DNA of 64,000 nucleotides from Eledone cirrhosa (Eukaryota): NCBI GenBank assembly GCA_964016885.1, contig OZ024748.1, positions 42,718,001 to 42,782,000 of the forward strand, read 5' to 3'. Shown piece by piece: positions 45,672 to 58,151 of this stretch (position 1 is its first letter; each line of letters starts with the position of its first letter). The notes under the pieces were generated by a model. It saw only the letters and a program-made list of their open reading frames with translations, ran no database searches and was not told where the DNA came from. The position numbers and the translations under genes were made by a program.

Positions 45672-45722
45672 AGTTTCAGAAGATCCCGTTAAGGGTGAAA
45701 GCAGCGATTCTTTGCTTAAACT
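45672..45722 (+). ncRNA. Variant hammerhead fold in 5' pLTR
   Basis: AGTTT-CAGAAGA-T-CCC/GGG-T-GAA-AGCA/TGCT-T-AAACT. Confidence 0.6.
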
Positions 45723-45876
45723 TTAATCTGTTATTTTAATAAATATTTGCTCTACGGTTCTTATATATTTGATATATATTTATACTTATCGAGCCCTCTT
45801 TGGATTTTAGTCTTCAAATTTATTATTATTACTATTTGGCTCCCTCGGTTGAGCACTCTACTGACTTATATTCATC

Positions 45877-47998
45877 ATGCAGAAACAACATCTGAATATT
45901 TCTACAAAGAACATACCCGTACCAAGCAGGAAAACATCCCTAAAACTCCTGATACAGAAAACAGACGCGTTCATTAAAAAGTTGCGTTGGCGGGCCTTTT
46001 ACTTCGATAATCCGCGAAAAGCAGACAACAAACAGGATAAATTTGGATTTAAAACCTATAATAACCTCCCGTGTAACCCAGCATTGCTACCCTTCGAAAA
46101 TGATGTCTTGGAACTCATTCGGAGTATCAAATTTCGGAATAGGAGCAATTCCTTCCAGCTAGACCTGAAGAATAGAATTCGTTCTATTAAGGATTCTAAT
46201 GCCGTGCACGTCCATTCCGACAAAACTGGCAACCTATGGAGCGCAGTACTTATCATCAACTACTACATAATGCTGTGACTAAGGATTACCGTAAAACTAA
46301 TCGGTGCGTCATCAATGAAATCAACGATGCTGGGTTTAAAATCACATCTGATCTCAACGTCCTGGACCGGACCGAACCTCTGGACCCTATTTCTCCCCAC
46401 TTTACCCTGAAGGATCACAAATCCAATTTTCCGAACAACCCCTCTATTCGGCTTATTAACCCTACGAAGTCGGATTTAGGTAGACTTAGTAAGACGATTC
46501 TTGATAGAATTATACCTGAAATTAGAAGTTTGGCCCCTCTTGCACTGTGGAACAATTCCTTCGCGGAGATTGATTGGTTCAACGGCATATGTAACAAGGA
46601 ACATTGCCGTTTTATCCAATTCGACATAAACAATTACTACTCCTCCATCACTTTACCACTTCTCCTTAGAGCTATCAATTTCGCTAAAACACTCACAGTG
46701 GTTAAGGATTTCGAAGTTGATGTCATCCTCAATGCCCGTAAGTCGGTGATTAATTTAGACGACTCTATTTGGATTAAAAAATCCAATAGTACCCCATTCG
46801 ACGTGAGTATGGGCGCCAGTGATTCTGCGGAGGTTACTGATCTTATCGGCCTTTTCCTTCTTTTCTCTATCAAGGACGAATTCCCCAACGCGGGCGGTGG
46901 TTTGTACCGTGACGATGGTCTTTTGACCATGACTAAGTGCGAACCTCGTGCTTGCGACAGGTTCAGAAAAGAACTCACAGCCTTCTTTAAAGGCTTCAAC
47001 CTCTCTATACAGGTTGAGGCCAATCTCTCGGTCGTTAATTACCTCGACGTTACCCTCAACTTATTGAATGGGTTGTATTACCCGTATAGAAAGCCGAATG
47101 ATACGCTTAATTACATAAGTAAGCATTCCAACCATCCTGCCAGCATAACCAAGAACCTGGTAAGAAACGTTTCGTTGAGGCTTTCCCGTCTTTCCACCAA
47201 CGAGCGTATTTTCAACGACCATTCCACTTATTACAATGAAGCTCTTGCTCGAAGTGGATTTGTCGATAAGGTAGCATATACAGAGTACGAAAATAGACCT
47301 AGAAGAAATAGATCCCGTCGCGTTTGTTGGTATAACCCACCATATAATATGGAGGTGGCCACACCATTAGCTAAGATCTTTCTTTCCCTTATTACGAAGC
47401 ATTTTCCCCCTACACATAAATATAGCAAAATTTTTAATAGAAATACTATTAAAATTTCTTACTCTACGACTCCTAACCTTGCACATAACTCACAGCTTCA
47501 AATTTAGCTAAACTACCTAGCCGTAGGAACACGTGCAACCCTGTAGTTAGTACTAACTGTAATTGTAGGAATCGGGTTGATTGCCCCCTATCCGGGAAAT
47601 GCCTCTCTAGTAACATTGTCTACGAATGTAAGGTTGTAACACCCACGTCCCGTAGGGCCTACATAGGGTTAACCGCCAATAGATTCAAGCAGCGTCTTTA
47701 CATGCATACCCATTCTTTTCGTTACCCTCTAAGAAGGAATATGACGTCACTTTCAGCTAATATCTGGAGTCTAAAAGACAACCACACCCAATATAAGTTA
47801 CACTGGGAGATCCTAGCTAGGGCTAGATCGTATAACGGAAATAAAAGACCATGTGACTTCTGCGCCGCAGAGGCCCTGGAAATACACTACGCCACAGACC
47901 ACATCTTAAACAAAAAATCTGAGGCAATTTCGGCTTGTAAACATAAATTGCACAAAACTTTCCTGTATTACAGCCCCACGTTATACCCTTACGGATAG
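45877..47998 (+). pseudogene. PLE RT + GIY-YIG polyprotein, about 2 frameshifts
   Basis: TLKDHK..IRLINP, FDINNYY, MGASDS, GGLYRDDGL, NYLDV, SNHP; after a shift near 47490: CNC..CPLSGKC..IVYEC..AYIGLT..FKQR..H, CDFC..E. Confidence 0.92.
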
Positions 47999-48929
47999 CA
48001 CGATCTATACGTGGATATTTTACGTCTCGATGTGGGAGCTAAGTATATGTTTTGTTTATACCTTTACTTATTTGCATAGGTAGTATATATTATCCGTATG
48101 TTTTGTGAAGGTACGTATACCTTCTGGTGCGTATATTTGATTGTTATGGGGTATAATTTTTTTATATATTCTGGTACATATGGTTCGGCTATGTGTATAC
48201 GGGAGTTTTGCGTCTGTGTGAGTATGCAGGTTTGTACGTATGTAGGGCGTGTGTATATGTGTACTTCATGTTTTGGTTGACTTACTTCTCCGAACATTCG
48301 TGTATTTACATGTAGGTATGTGTGTGCGCTTGTTATATACGTATTTATTTATTTATATACGTTTATATAATTATTTATTTATTTGTATACACGCTTACAC
48401 ACACACACATATTTATATGTGCGTGGTTTTGTTTACCTATGGTTAGTTTTTGCGTATGCTTGTGTATGTACGTTTCTGTTTGCGTGTATGTATTTATTTA
48501 TTTCTATTACTTCTGTATTGTATTTATTTACTTTGTTCTTAACTCCGTAGCGGAGATTCATTCGGTCTCCTAGTTAGAATTTAGTCTACGACTTCTGCTA
48601 TACCATTTACGTGGTTTTGTCTTTGCGTGCTATTGTTCTCCACGCTCCAAATATGACGTATTATCTTCGTTTCTTTTGTTCATCGCCAGAGAACGTCTCT
48701 ATGCACCACCTAAGAGAACATTAGTCTACGACCTCTATTATACCATAAACGTGGTTCTGTCTGTGCGCGTAATTGTTTTTCACCGCTCCTATTAATGACG
48801 TATTATATTCGTTTTTTCCCGTTCTTAGCCAGCGAACGTTTCCACGAACCAAAGTATCGTCTTCCTGTCTTCCTCCGGTTGCAACGTTTTTTGAAATATC
48901 CAGTTCTGCGTTTACAGATTGACTTTGTT

Positions 48930-48980
48930 AGTTTCAGAAGATCCCGTTAAGGGTGAAAGCAGCGATTCTTTGCTTAAACT
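48930..48980 (+). ncRNA. Variant hammerhead fold in 3' pLTR
   Basis: Identical to 45672-45722. Confidence 0.6.
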
Positions 48981-49127
48981 TTAATCTGTTATTTTAATAA
49001 ATATTTGCTCTACGGTTCTTATATATTTGATATATATTTATCCTTATCGAGCCCTCTTTGGATTTTAGTCTTCAAATTTATTATTATTACTATTAATATA
49101 TATATCTATCTATATATATATACATAC

Positions 49128-49280
<153 letters not shown>

Positions 49281-49539
49281 GGCACCCATTCACGATGTGG
49301 CTCAATGAAGAATTAATGAATTAAATAATAAGACCAAAATATTATAAAGTAAAGCATGTCCAGAGAATTATTTGATAATATATATACATCATTTCTTCTC
49401 CCAATTAGCATAATTAACCACACAAAAAATCAATTAGACCAGGCATTAAGGTTAAAAGGTACATATGAAGAAACAGTAAATAAATACACGACAGCGGCGT
49501 CTTCGCGGCCAACCGCTATAGAATATTTACCCAACATTT

Positions 49540-50370
49540 CAACGTGCCGGCAACATGTTCAGCTTCCAGTATCCGGGTCCCTGTCTATGTATTCTATCAC
49601 GGTTGACTATGCAGATGACTAGTTTGTGATCTGAATAGGTAGCCATGTGCATTTGTAGACAGCTTAACATCTTCTTGTCCTTTTCTCTAATGAAAAACCT
49701 ATCTAGATACGATCTTGATGTCCCGATGCGGTTTGCCCACGTCCAGTTGGAATTGGCTGATTAGATTTTTGAGGCTGTTGCACCCTGCTCTACTGTGGGC
49801 ATGCTCCCACATAGTCCCATCGTGCATCTAGGATACCATTCCAGTCCCCCACTAAAAGCAAGGAGCGAGACGTTCCCAGAAAAGACTCTAGACGCTTAAA
49901 GAAGTCTGGCCGCGATTGTGATTGCCACCAGTCTGAAGGCTCCACCTCCAATACTGTTCACGTCTAGGACTACCAGTCTACCCTCCGGGTCCAAGTGTAC
50001 TTGCTGTACTTCGAGATCCAGGTTTTTCCGAAACATGACAGTCACTCCCCCTCCACCTCCCGGCTGACAGAGAAATGCGTAGATCTCAAAGTCATTGAAG
50101 ATGGGGGTTAGTTGCTGCCTGTTGTGGATCCTGGACTCGGTGATGGCTATTACATCTATAACGTGTGACCTAAGGTCGTTTAAAAGTTGGCCCTGTTTCC
50201 AGGGCATCCCTAGGCCACGCACATTCACGCTTCCAACTCGTAAGTCAGCCATGTTGGTGGAGAAGAGTTGGCGAAAAGGACGAAAAGGTGCACTTACCTT
50301 TTCGTTTCCTGGAGATCGGGTTGTTCAATCTCCATTTCAGTTCGGGTGGGGGTGTTGAATGGGGTGGGAA
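49540..50370 (-). mobile_element. Tx1-like LINE internal fragment E (ORF1 end + APE)
   Basis: MADLRVGSVNVRGLGMPWKQGQ.., GDWNG, YSDHK. Confidence 0.9.
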
Positions 50371-50633
50371 ACATTTCAATTATACCCGGTCATGTATGGG
50401 TTAATATCTAGCGACAGATAAAGACTAAGGAGATGTTGTCACTGCTCAGCTAAGGTGACACTGACTGACAGTTAAGGGCCAGGAGTTATATATATATAGT
50501 CCAGAAATAGCGTTGAAACGGCTTGAGCTCCGCCATCGGGGTCATACTTTTTCCTATTTCCCACTCTACTACCCTAAGTATTGAGTACTCTGGTGCGTTA
50601 TGGTCCATCTGGTTCCTTACCACAATTCCTTTG

Positions 50634-50705
<72 letters not shown>

Positions 50706-50746
50706 CAACCCACCCGTCGCCTCAATCTATCTTATTTCTCATTCTT

Positions 50747-50782
50747 TCTTCTGATGAAGGACTAGAGTCCAAAACGTTAAGA
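50747..50782 (+). ncRNA. Minimal hammerhead, GAAA mutated to AAAA
   Basis: TCTT-CTGATGA-AGGAC-TAGA-GTCC-AAAAC-GTT-AAGA. Confidence 0.5.
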
Positions 50783-50866
50783 CCCTCTTCCTGCTATATC
50801 AAGCGTTTACCTAATATATCCCTTCCATATACTGTACCGATTGTGTTGTTATTTCTGTATACCTTT

Positions 50867-50914
<48 letters not shown>

Positions 50915-50954
50915 AATAAAGATTCAGCGAGAATCGCATTTTCGGCGGGCTTTT

Positions 50955-50989
<35 letters not shown>

Positions 50990-51074
50990 GGGGGGGGTAT
51001 TATAAGAACAGATTAAAGTTTAAGCAAACAAATCGCTGCTTCACCCTTAACGGGATCTTCTGAACACACACAAA

Positions 51075-51126
<52 letters not shown>

Positions 51127-51163
51127 AATATGTATATATATATATATATAAATTATATATATA

Positions 51164-51207
<44 letters not shown>

Positions 51208-51785
51208 TAACGGAGCCATAGACTCTCGCCATTCCCTGTAAATAATGTGCTCAAAGGAGAGGAAATCCTGAGATCTTTAAAATACAATATGTTGAAAAGG
51301 TAACACACTAGAGAGAGATATAGTGCGCTATCAATAAAACAAGGAAAAACCACCAGTGTATGGAATCTATAACCTATGAAAGGCAGAGTAGACACACGAT
51401 AATTAAAAATATAAATTAAAGCGTAAATAAATACCTCTATAACTATATAACATGCGTACAAATCCAAAGAGATCTGTTTCGCCAGTAAGTTGTTGACAGA
51501 AAGGAAATAACCCCGGTTCGTTAGCGTGTGTAAGGCTATACATTTCAGACAACACTAAGAGAATTTTAAAGTGACTGCCCAGCTACACAGGCGAAACAGA
51601 TCTCTTTTGATTTGTACGTGTGTTATATAGTTATAGAGGTATTTATTTACGCTTTAATTTATATTTTTAATTATCGTGTGTCTACTCTGCCTTTCATAGG
51701 TTATAGATTCCATACACTGGTGGTTTTCCCTGTTTTATTGATAGCGCACTGTATCTCTCTCTAGTGTGTTACCTTTTCAACATAT

Positions 51786-51847
<62 letters not shown>

Positions 51848-52225
51848 TTTACATATATATATATACATACACATACATATACGTGTTTTGCAACCGGTCA
51901 CTTTGTGGCTCAATGAAAAATTAATAAATTAAACAATCAGAGCTATATATCATAAAACATGTCTATATGTATTCTATTTTCTCCTAATTTATTTTAAACC
52001 TAATTCTGCTTAGTTGACTGTATCTAGGCGATTACGCTGTCGAAATATTCGATAAATATTCCACTACGGCCGACGCGAAGCGCTAGTTTTGGTTATTTGT
52101 CGGAGATTCCTTCATAGAAGCCTCATTCTTATAGCCTGGTCTATTCGATTTTTATATAGTTAATTATGCTAATTGGGAGAGGAAATAGTATATATTTTAT
52201 CTTGTGATTCTATAGACATATTTTA

Positions 52226-52354
<129 letters not shown>

Positions 52355-53120
52355 AAGACGAAGTTTTCTGTATGTGTGTGTGGACAATTTTTAATGAGGG
52401 CTCATATATTCTAAACCATTCATGCGATTTCTTTGAAATTTTTCACAAAACCTGTACCTGATCTACAAAGGCTTTCAAAAATCGTATCAATTTTCGTGAT
52501 TAAGTAAGACAAGAGTTATCTTTAAGTAAGACAAGAGTTATCTTTCGTAATTCGGCTTATTCGGATTTTAATTTACTCTTTGTACTTGAAACAAAAGAAA
52601 CCCTTCCTTGAGACTAACAATATCATTTTGTATATTTCACAACCAGCAATTTCTAACAGATTACTAAGTTAAGTTATAGATTTGACATTGTATAATTTAT
52701 CGTTTCAAGCTTGGTGTTCATACATTAAGTGATGTCATAACTTTTACAATATTATGCTTTGTACATAATAGTGTCTATTATTCACTTCACTTCTCTATTT
52801 CATGATACGCTTTTACTGTTGTCCAAAAATGTATACCTAGACTGAATTTCTGTTGTTACATGGTATAACGGATGACACCGAGCTCACATATTAATTATTT
52901 CGCTGGAATAGTGCCTAAGGTTTTCATGTTTACATAAAGTACGTTTTTCTTCTGTGTATTCAAATTTACTTTGTTTAGTTTAATGAGCTACATCGAAAGC
53001 TACTTGAACCGTCCAAAGGACGGGTAGTTTAGCTAGTATATATATATATATATAATCTTTATCGAACCCTCTTCGGATTTTAGTCTTCACATTTATTATT
53101 ACTGTATATATATAGATATA

Positions 53121-53194
<74 letters not shown>

Positions 53195-53855
53195 CGTGCG
53201 TGCGTGTGTGTGTGTGTGCGTGTGTGTGTGTGTGTCTGTCTGTGTCTGTGGTTATACATATATACATATTTATCTACACACACATACATCCTACATGGTG
53301 ACGTAAGTCAAAAGCTATACATTCATGGTCGTTGTGTTCAAACTAGGTTAATGATGTACAACAAAGCAAACATGTGGCAACAACCACTCATGATGTGTTT
53401 ACCATGGAAAGTTGCATGTAGCTTTCAAAGTGAATAATTATGATGGTCTTTGTGAGTTGTATATAGCGTTAGAAGTACTTTTTGATAATTTTAATCCTGT
53501 TTTTATTGGGGGGGGGGGGGGTTCAATGTCTGAATAAAAATACATTTTTATTAAACTTCAAAGGAGGTTAAATTATATATATTTTGTGAAACGTTTTTCT
53601 AGATTCCAACGAAACAATTTCTTGTGTGTTTGTGTTTGTGTGTTTGTGTGTTTGTGTGTCATTGTGTGTGTTTGTGTGTGTTTGTGTGTGTGTGTGTTTG
53701 TCTGTGTGTGTGTGTTTGTCTGTGTGTGTGTGTTTGTTTGTGTGTGTGTGTGTGTTTGTTTGTGTTTGTATGTGTGTGTTAAGTGTATAACTAGGGTTAA
53801 AGGTGGTGCGTCGTCCAAAGCATTCGAGTTTGGATGTCTTTGAACATATAAACTC

Positions 53856-53952
53856 GCATATCTGATGAGATGTCGAGGAAGTGTCTGGCCTCCATCGTTA
53901 TGATTGATGATTATATCCTGAGCTGATCGATATTGAAACGATTGTAATATGC
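53856..53952 (+). ncRNA. Type I hammerhead ribozyme with extended helix II
   Basis: GCATAT-CTGATGA-GATGTCGA...TCGATATT-GAAAC-GATT-GTA-ATATGC followed by AATAAA. Confidence 0.8.
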
Positions 53953-53978
53953 CAATAAAGTTTATATATATATATATA

Positions 53979-54056
<78 letters not shown>

Positions 54057-54124
54057 AACAGAACCAAGAGAAGTGTGTTGTGTTGTGAAAAACTACTAAA
54101 CTGGATATAAACGAATATTTTCAG

Positions 54125-54299
54125 AGAAGGTTGACACTGAACCAGTAATTATCGACGGTAAACTTTCTCAAGAAAGTATTTGGCCATGGATGGTGGCAAT
54201 TAAAACCGAGTACGATAAGAGCACATTCAGTTGTGGCGGTATGCTTATCCGTAAAAACTGGGTCCTGACAGCGGCACATTGTCTTTTTATCAACGAATT
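54125..54299 (+). CDS. S1 serine peptidase exon (activation site to catalytic His)
   Basis: TTTCAG|..|GTAAGT; KVDTEPV-IIDGKLSQESIWPWMVAI..FSCGGMLIRKNWVLTAAHCLF. Confidence 0.93.
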
Positions 54300-54369
54300 G
54301 TAAGTTAATTATGTTTGTTGTTTGTTGTTTTGTTGTCATTACTGTTGTTCACTTTATAGTAGTGGATTG

Positions 54370-54690
54370 ATATAATAAAAATAATAAAATAAAATAAATT
54401 AAAAATTTAAATAAAAATTTAAAATTTAAAAAATTAAAATTAAAAATAAAAATTAAAATTAAACATTTTAAAATTTCTAAATTTTTTTTTTTAATTCTTG
54501 AAAAATCAAAAAATTAAAAAAGTTAAAATTAAAAATAAAAATAAGAAATAGAAAATAAAAATAAAATAAAATAAAATAAAAACTTTAATAAATAAAAATC
54601 TTTTAAATAAAAATTAATTTTTTTAAATAAAAATTATAAAATTAAAAATGTGAAAATTAAAAATAAAAAAGATGAAATAATAAACAATAA
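54370..54690. repeat. (TAAAA)n-like low-complexity tract (intronic)
   Basis: A-rich pentamer/hexamer repeats. Confidence 0.85.
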
Positions 54691-54754
54691 AAGTCTGATG
54701 AAATATTTCTGTGAAACAGTTGCTGAGTTGCTGATATAAAGTAATGTACAGAGG

Positions 54755-55152
54755 ACTGGCAGTAGAATTGGTAGAGCGTCGAACAATATGCTTTGTGGCA
54801 TAGAGTTACGGCCCTTTATGGTCTGAGTTCAACTCCCACCGAGGTTAGCATTGCCGTTTATTCTTATGGGAGTCGATAAAATAAAGTACCAGTAATGCAC
54901 TGAGGTCGATTTACTTAACTTTCCCCTACCCTCAAAATTGTGGGCCTTGTGCCTAAATCACAAACCATTGTTGGCAGTATCGGTAGAGGGTCGGACGCCA
55001 TGCTCTGCAGCATAGAGTTACGGTCATTTACGGTCTGAGTTCAAATACTGTCGGGGTTAACTTTGCCTTTCATCCTTACGGGGTCGATGAAATAAAGTAT
55101 CAGTAATGTACTGAGATAATTGCTGTCCTTGTGCCAAAAGTTGAAACAATTA
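54755..55152 (+). mobile_element. Two tandem OK-like SINEs
   Basis: Two A box/B box/core units, about 54755-54968 and 54972-55152. Confidence 0.82.
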
Positions 55153-55251
55153 TTTAAATGTGATAAAGAAAAGTTACAATACAAAATGTGACAGCAGGTC
55201 AACTCACTATTTTACCTAAGATATGCAATATGCCCGTAAAATCTGTCCACC

Positions 55252-56833
55252 GATTCTTTCCTGAGACATTCTAACCACATGTCCATAGTATCGGAGCTGT
55301 GATCTCACAATTCAGAGAAGTAACAGCTCTACCTGGAGTGACTCTCCAGTGATTCTTTCCTGAGACATTCTAACCACATATTAATAGTATCGGAGCTGTG
55401 ATCTCTCAATTCAGAGAAGTAACAGCTCTACCTGGAGTGACTCTCCAGTGATTCTTTCCTGAGACATTCTAACCACATATTCATAGTATCGGAGCTGTGA
55501 TCTCTCAATTCAGAGAAGTAACAGCTCTACCTGGAGTGACTCTCCAGTGATTCTTCCCTGAGACATTCTAACCACATGTTCATAGTATCGGAGCTGTGAT
55601 CTCTCAATTCAGAGAAGTAACAGCTCTACCTGGAGTGACTCTCCAGCGATTCTTTCCTGAGACATTCTAACCACATGTCCATACTACCGGAGCTGTGATC
55701 TCTCAATTCAGAGAAGTAACAGCTCTACCTGGAGTGACTCTCCAGTGATTCTTTCCTGAGACATTCTAACCACATGTTCATAGTATCGGAGCTGTGATCT
55801 GTCAATTCAGAGAAGTAGTGACTTTACCTGGAGTGACTCTCCAGTGATTCTTTCCTGAGACATTCTAACCACATGTTCATAGTATCAGAGCTGTGATATC
55901 TCAATTCTGAGACGTAACAGCTCTACCTGGAGTGACTCTCCAGTGATTCTTTCCTGAGATATTCTAACCACATGTTCATAGTATCAGAGCTGTGATATCT
56001 CAATTCTGAGAAGTAACAGCTCTACCTGGAGTGACTCTCCAGTGATTCTTTCCTGAGACATTCTAACCACATGTTCATACTACCGGAGCTGTGATATCTC
56101 AATTCTGAGAAGTAACAGCTCTACCTGGAGTGACTCTCCAGTGATTCTTTCCTGAGACATTCTAACCACATATTCATAGTACCGGAGCTGTGATCTCTCA
56201 ATTCAGAGAAGTAACAGCTCTACCTGGAGTGACTCTCCAGTGATTCTTTCCTGAGACATTCTAACCACATATTCATAGTATCGGAGCTGTGATCTCTCAA
56301 TTCAGAGAAGTAACAGCTCTACCTGGAGTGACTCTCCAGTGATTCTTTCCTGAGACATTCTAACCACATGTTCATACTACCGGAGCTGTGATCTCTCAAT
56401 TCAGAGAAGTAACAGCTCTACCTGGAGTGACTCTCCAGTGATTCTTTCCTGAGACATTCTAACCACATATTCATAGTATCGGAGCTGTGATCTCTCAATT
56501 CAGAGAAGTAACAGCTCTACCTGGAGTGACTCTCCAGTGATTCTTTCCTGAGACATTCTAACCACATGTTCATACTACCGGAGCTGTGATCTCTCAATTC
56601 AGAGAAGTAACAGCTCTACCTGGAGTGACTCTCCAGTGATTCTTTCCTGAGACATTCTAACCACATATTCATAGTATCGGAGCTGTGATCTCTCAATTCA
56701 GAGAAGTAACAGCTCTACCTGGAGTGACTCTCCAGTGATTCTTCCCTGAGACATTCTAACCACATGTTCATAGTATCGGAGCTGTGATCTCTCAATTCAG
56801 AGAAGTGGTGACTTTACCTGGAACGACTCTCTA
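55252..56833. repeat. Tandem satellite, 16 x 99 bp
   Basis: GATTCTT..CTGAGAC recurs at 55252, 55351, 55450 ... 56737. Confidence 0.97.
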
Positions 56834-56879
56834 ATCTATGAGCTATGCAATCTATCGAGTAACGTTACTCCAGAGATTT

Positions 56880-57115
56880 TAAGGGCAAAGCCAACAAGTA
56901 GGAGACCCAGGGGTAGACCCCGAGCAAGATAGTTGGATAACATTCATGAGCTTGGTGGGTCTCGCTTGGGGATCCAGCCAGATCAGTTGGAGACAGTTGA
57001 TTCTGACAAGAGCCGCTGGAAGGGGCGCTTGAGGATAGATAGTATTAGCAAATATTGGAAAGACCAACGGAAACATTGTTTCCTCGGTCCGATTTGACGA
57101 AAGTCGATCGACTTT
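56880..57115 (+). mobile_element. RTE-type LINE 3' end
   Basis: RRPRGRPRAR*LDNI..RLGIQP..DKSRWK, then a 3'UTR shared with the SINE tail. Confidence 0.7.
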
Positions 57116-57150
57116 CTCCTCTTTATCTTATGTCTGTTTATATACTTCAG

Positions 57151-57211
57151 TTCCAACAAGCTATTTCCGGTCCAAAATCTGAAACTTATCATTGGATCTG
57201 TGGATACCGAG
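57151..57211 (+). CDS. S1 serine peptidase exon
   Basis: CTTCAG|..GAG|GTAAAT; phase 2 in, phase 0 out; (F)SNKLFPVQNLKLIIGSVDTE. Confidence 0.8.
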
Positions 57212-57444
57212 GTAAATATTTAAAACCTTTCTACGTATTATATTTTCTTTTCTCTCATTCAATTTATTGATTATTGAACATATATGAAATTTAGTGCCCC
57301 CCCCTCAGTTATTGTTTGTCTCACTTTACTCTCCTCTAGTTTTCACTCTGTTATTTCTATCTTGCGCTGTACTGACTTTCGCGAAATAATATTAACCACA
57401 TATTTCTCATATAAACTATACAATTCTTATTATGTATTATATAA

Positions 57445-57682
57445 TGGTGGATTAGCACTAGAATCAGTAGAGCATCGGACGAAATGTTTCGTAGTATTTA
57501 GTTTCGGTCCTTTATGTTCAGAGTTCAAATCCTGCAGAGGTCAACTTTACCTGCCATCCTCGAGGGTCGATAAAATAAAGTGCTAGTAAAGTAGTACTGG
57601 GGTTGATTTAATCGACTTTCTCTTCTCCTCCGCGCCCCTGCCAAACTTCATGGCCCCCTTTGACACATATTAGAAACAATTA
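57445..57682 (+). mobile_element. OK-like SINE (intronic)
   Basis: GAGTTCAAATCC..GGGTCGATAAAATAAAG. Confidence 0.75.
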
Positions 57683-57740
57683 TGTCTTATGTAACTCTTT
57701 AAATGTTTATGTACTGCATTTTTGTTTTGTTTTTTTACAG

Positions 57741-57810
57741 ATATTGAGTCATAATGCACATATATCTAAAGTTTCGAAATACATTCATCATCCTGGCTTC
57801 GTCATGACAG
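57741..57810 (+). CDS. S1 serine peptidase exon
   Basis: Polypyrimidine tract TTTTTTACAG|; ILSHNAHISKVSKYIHHPGFVMT matches the V..I.HP.F/Y motif before the catalytic Asp; donor uncertain. Confidence 0.75.
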
Positions 57811-57914
57811 GCATGTACCTTATTTCCAAAGTAAATACGTTTAAAGTTTCTTTTATAGGTGAGCGAATGCTGGACCACGAATTTACATGGCAGTTATTGT
57901 TCTCTTCTTACTAT

Positions 57915-58095
57915 CTAGGTCAAGGCAGTCATGACTTTAACACTGTTTTAAGAAGATTGCTTCAAAACGATGTGGTTCTGAGTTCGATCCTATCTCAATG
58001 ATTTATACCTTCGTTAGACTACTGTAGCCCCGAATTCACCGATGCCACATAACGAGCATTTGTAGACGTAAACTAAGCCGAAGCCCAGCGTATAC
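57915..58095 (+). mobile_element. Degraded octopus OR-like SINE
   Basis: GAGTTCGATCC B box; CTACTGTAGCC..GTAGACGTAAACT..GAAGCCC..GTATA tail, recognised from memory. Confidence 0.5.
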
Positions 58096-58115
58096 ATCAT
58101 TACGTTATCATTCTT

Positions 58116-58151
58116 TCTTCTGATGAAGGACTAGCGTCCGAAACGTTAAGG
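58116..58151 (+). ncRNA. Minimal hammerhead ribozyme in a PLE-type terminal fragment
   Basis: TCTT-CTGATGA-AGGAC-TAGC-GTCC-GAAAC-GTT-AAGG; about 120-bp repeat shared with 50740-50860. Confidence 0.72.

Larger units (their letters stand above)
45270..49092 (+). mobile_element. Penelope-like retroelement with direct terminal repeats (pLTRs)
   Basis: Repeats about 45270-45832 and 48505-49092; RT-GIY-YIG ORF between; flanked by (TA)n; short inverted terminal piece at about 45105-45200. Confidence 0.93.

Noticed and set aside
51556-51606. GCC..GGC-GAAAC stem resembling a hammerhead 3' half
   Set aside because: No CUGANGA-like core at the required position
53330-53451. Upstream peptidase exon ending at GTGAGT
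   Set aside because: The phase-1 join would create TAG with the next exon and the frames contain stops
54695-54725. CTGATGA..GAAAC hammerhead candidate
   Set aside because: Helices I and II do not pair convincingly
55252-56833. CRISPR array or 33-aa coding repeat
   Set aside because: No unique spacers, no cas genes, eukaryotic context, stops in all six frames
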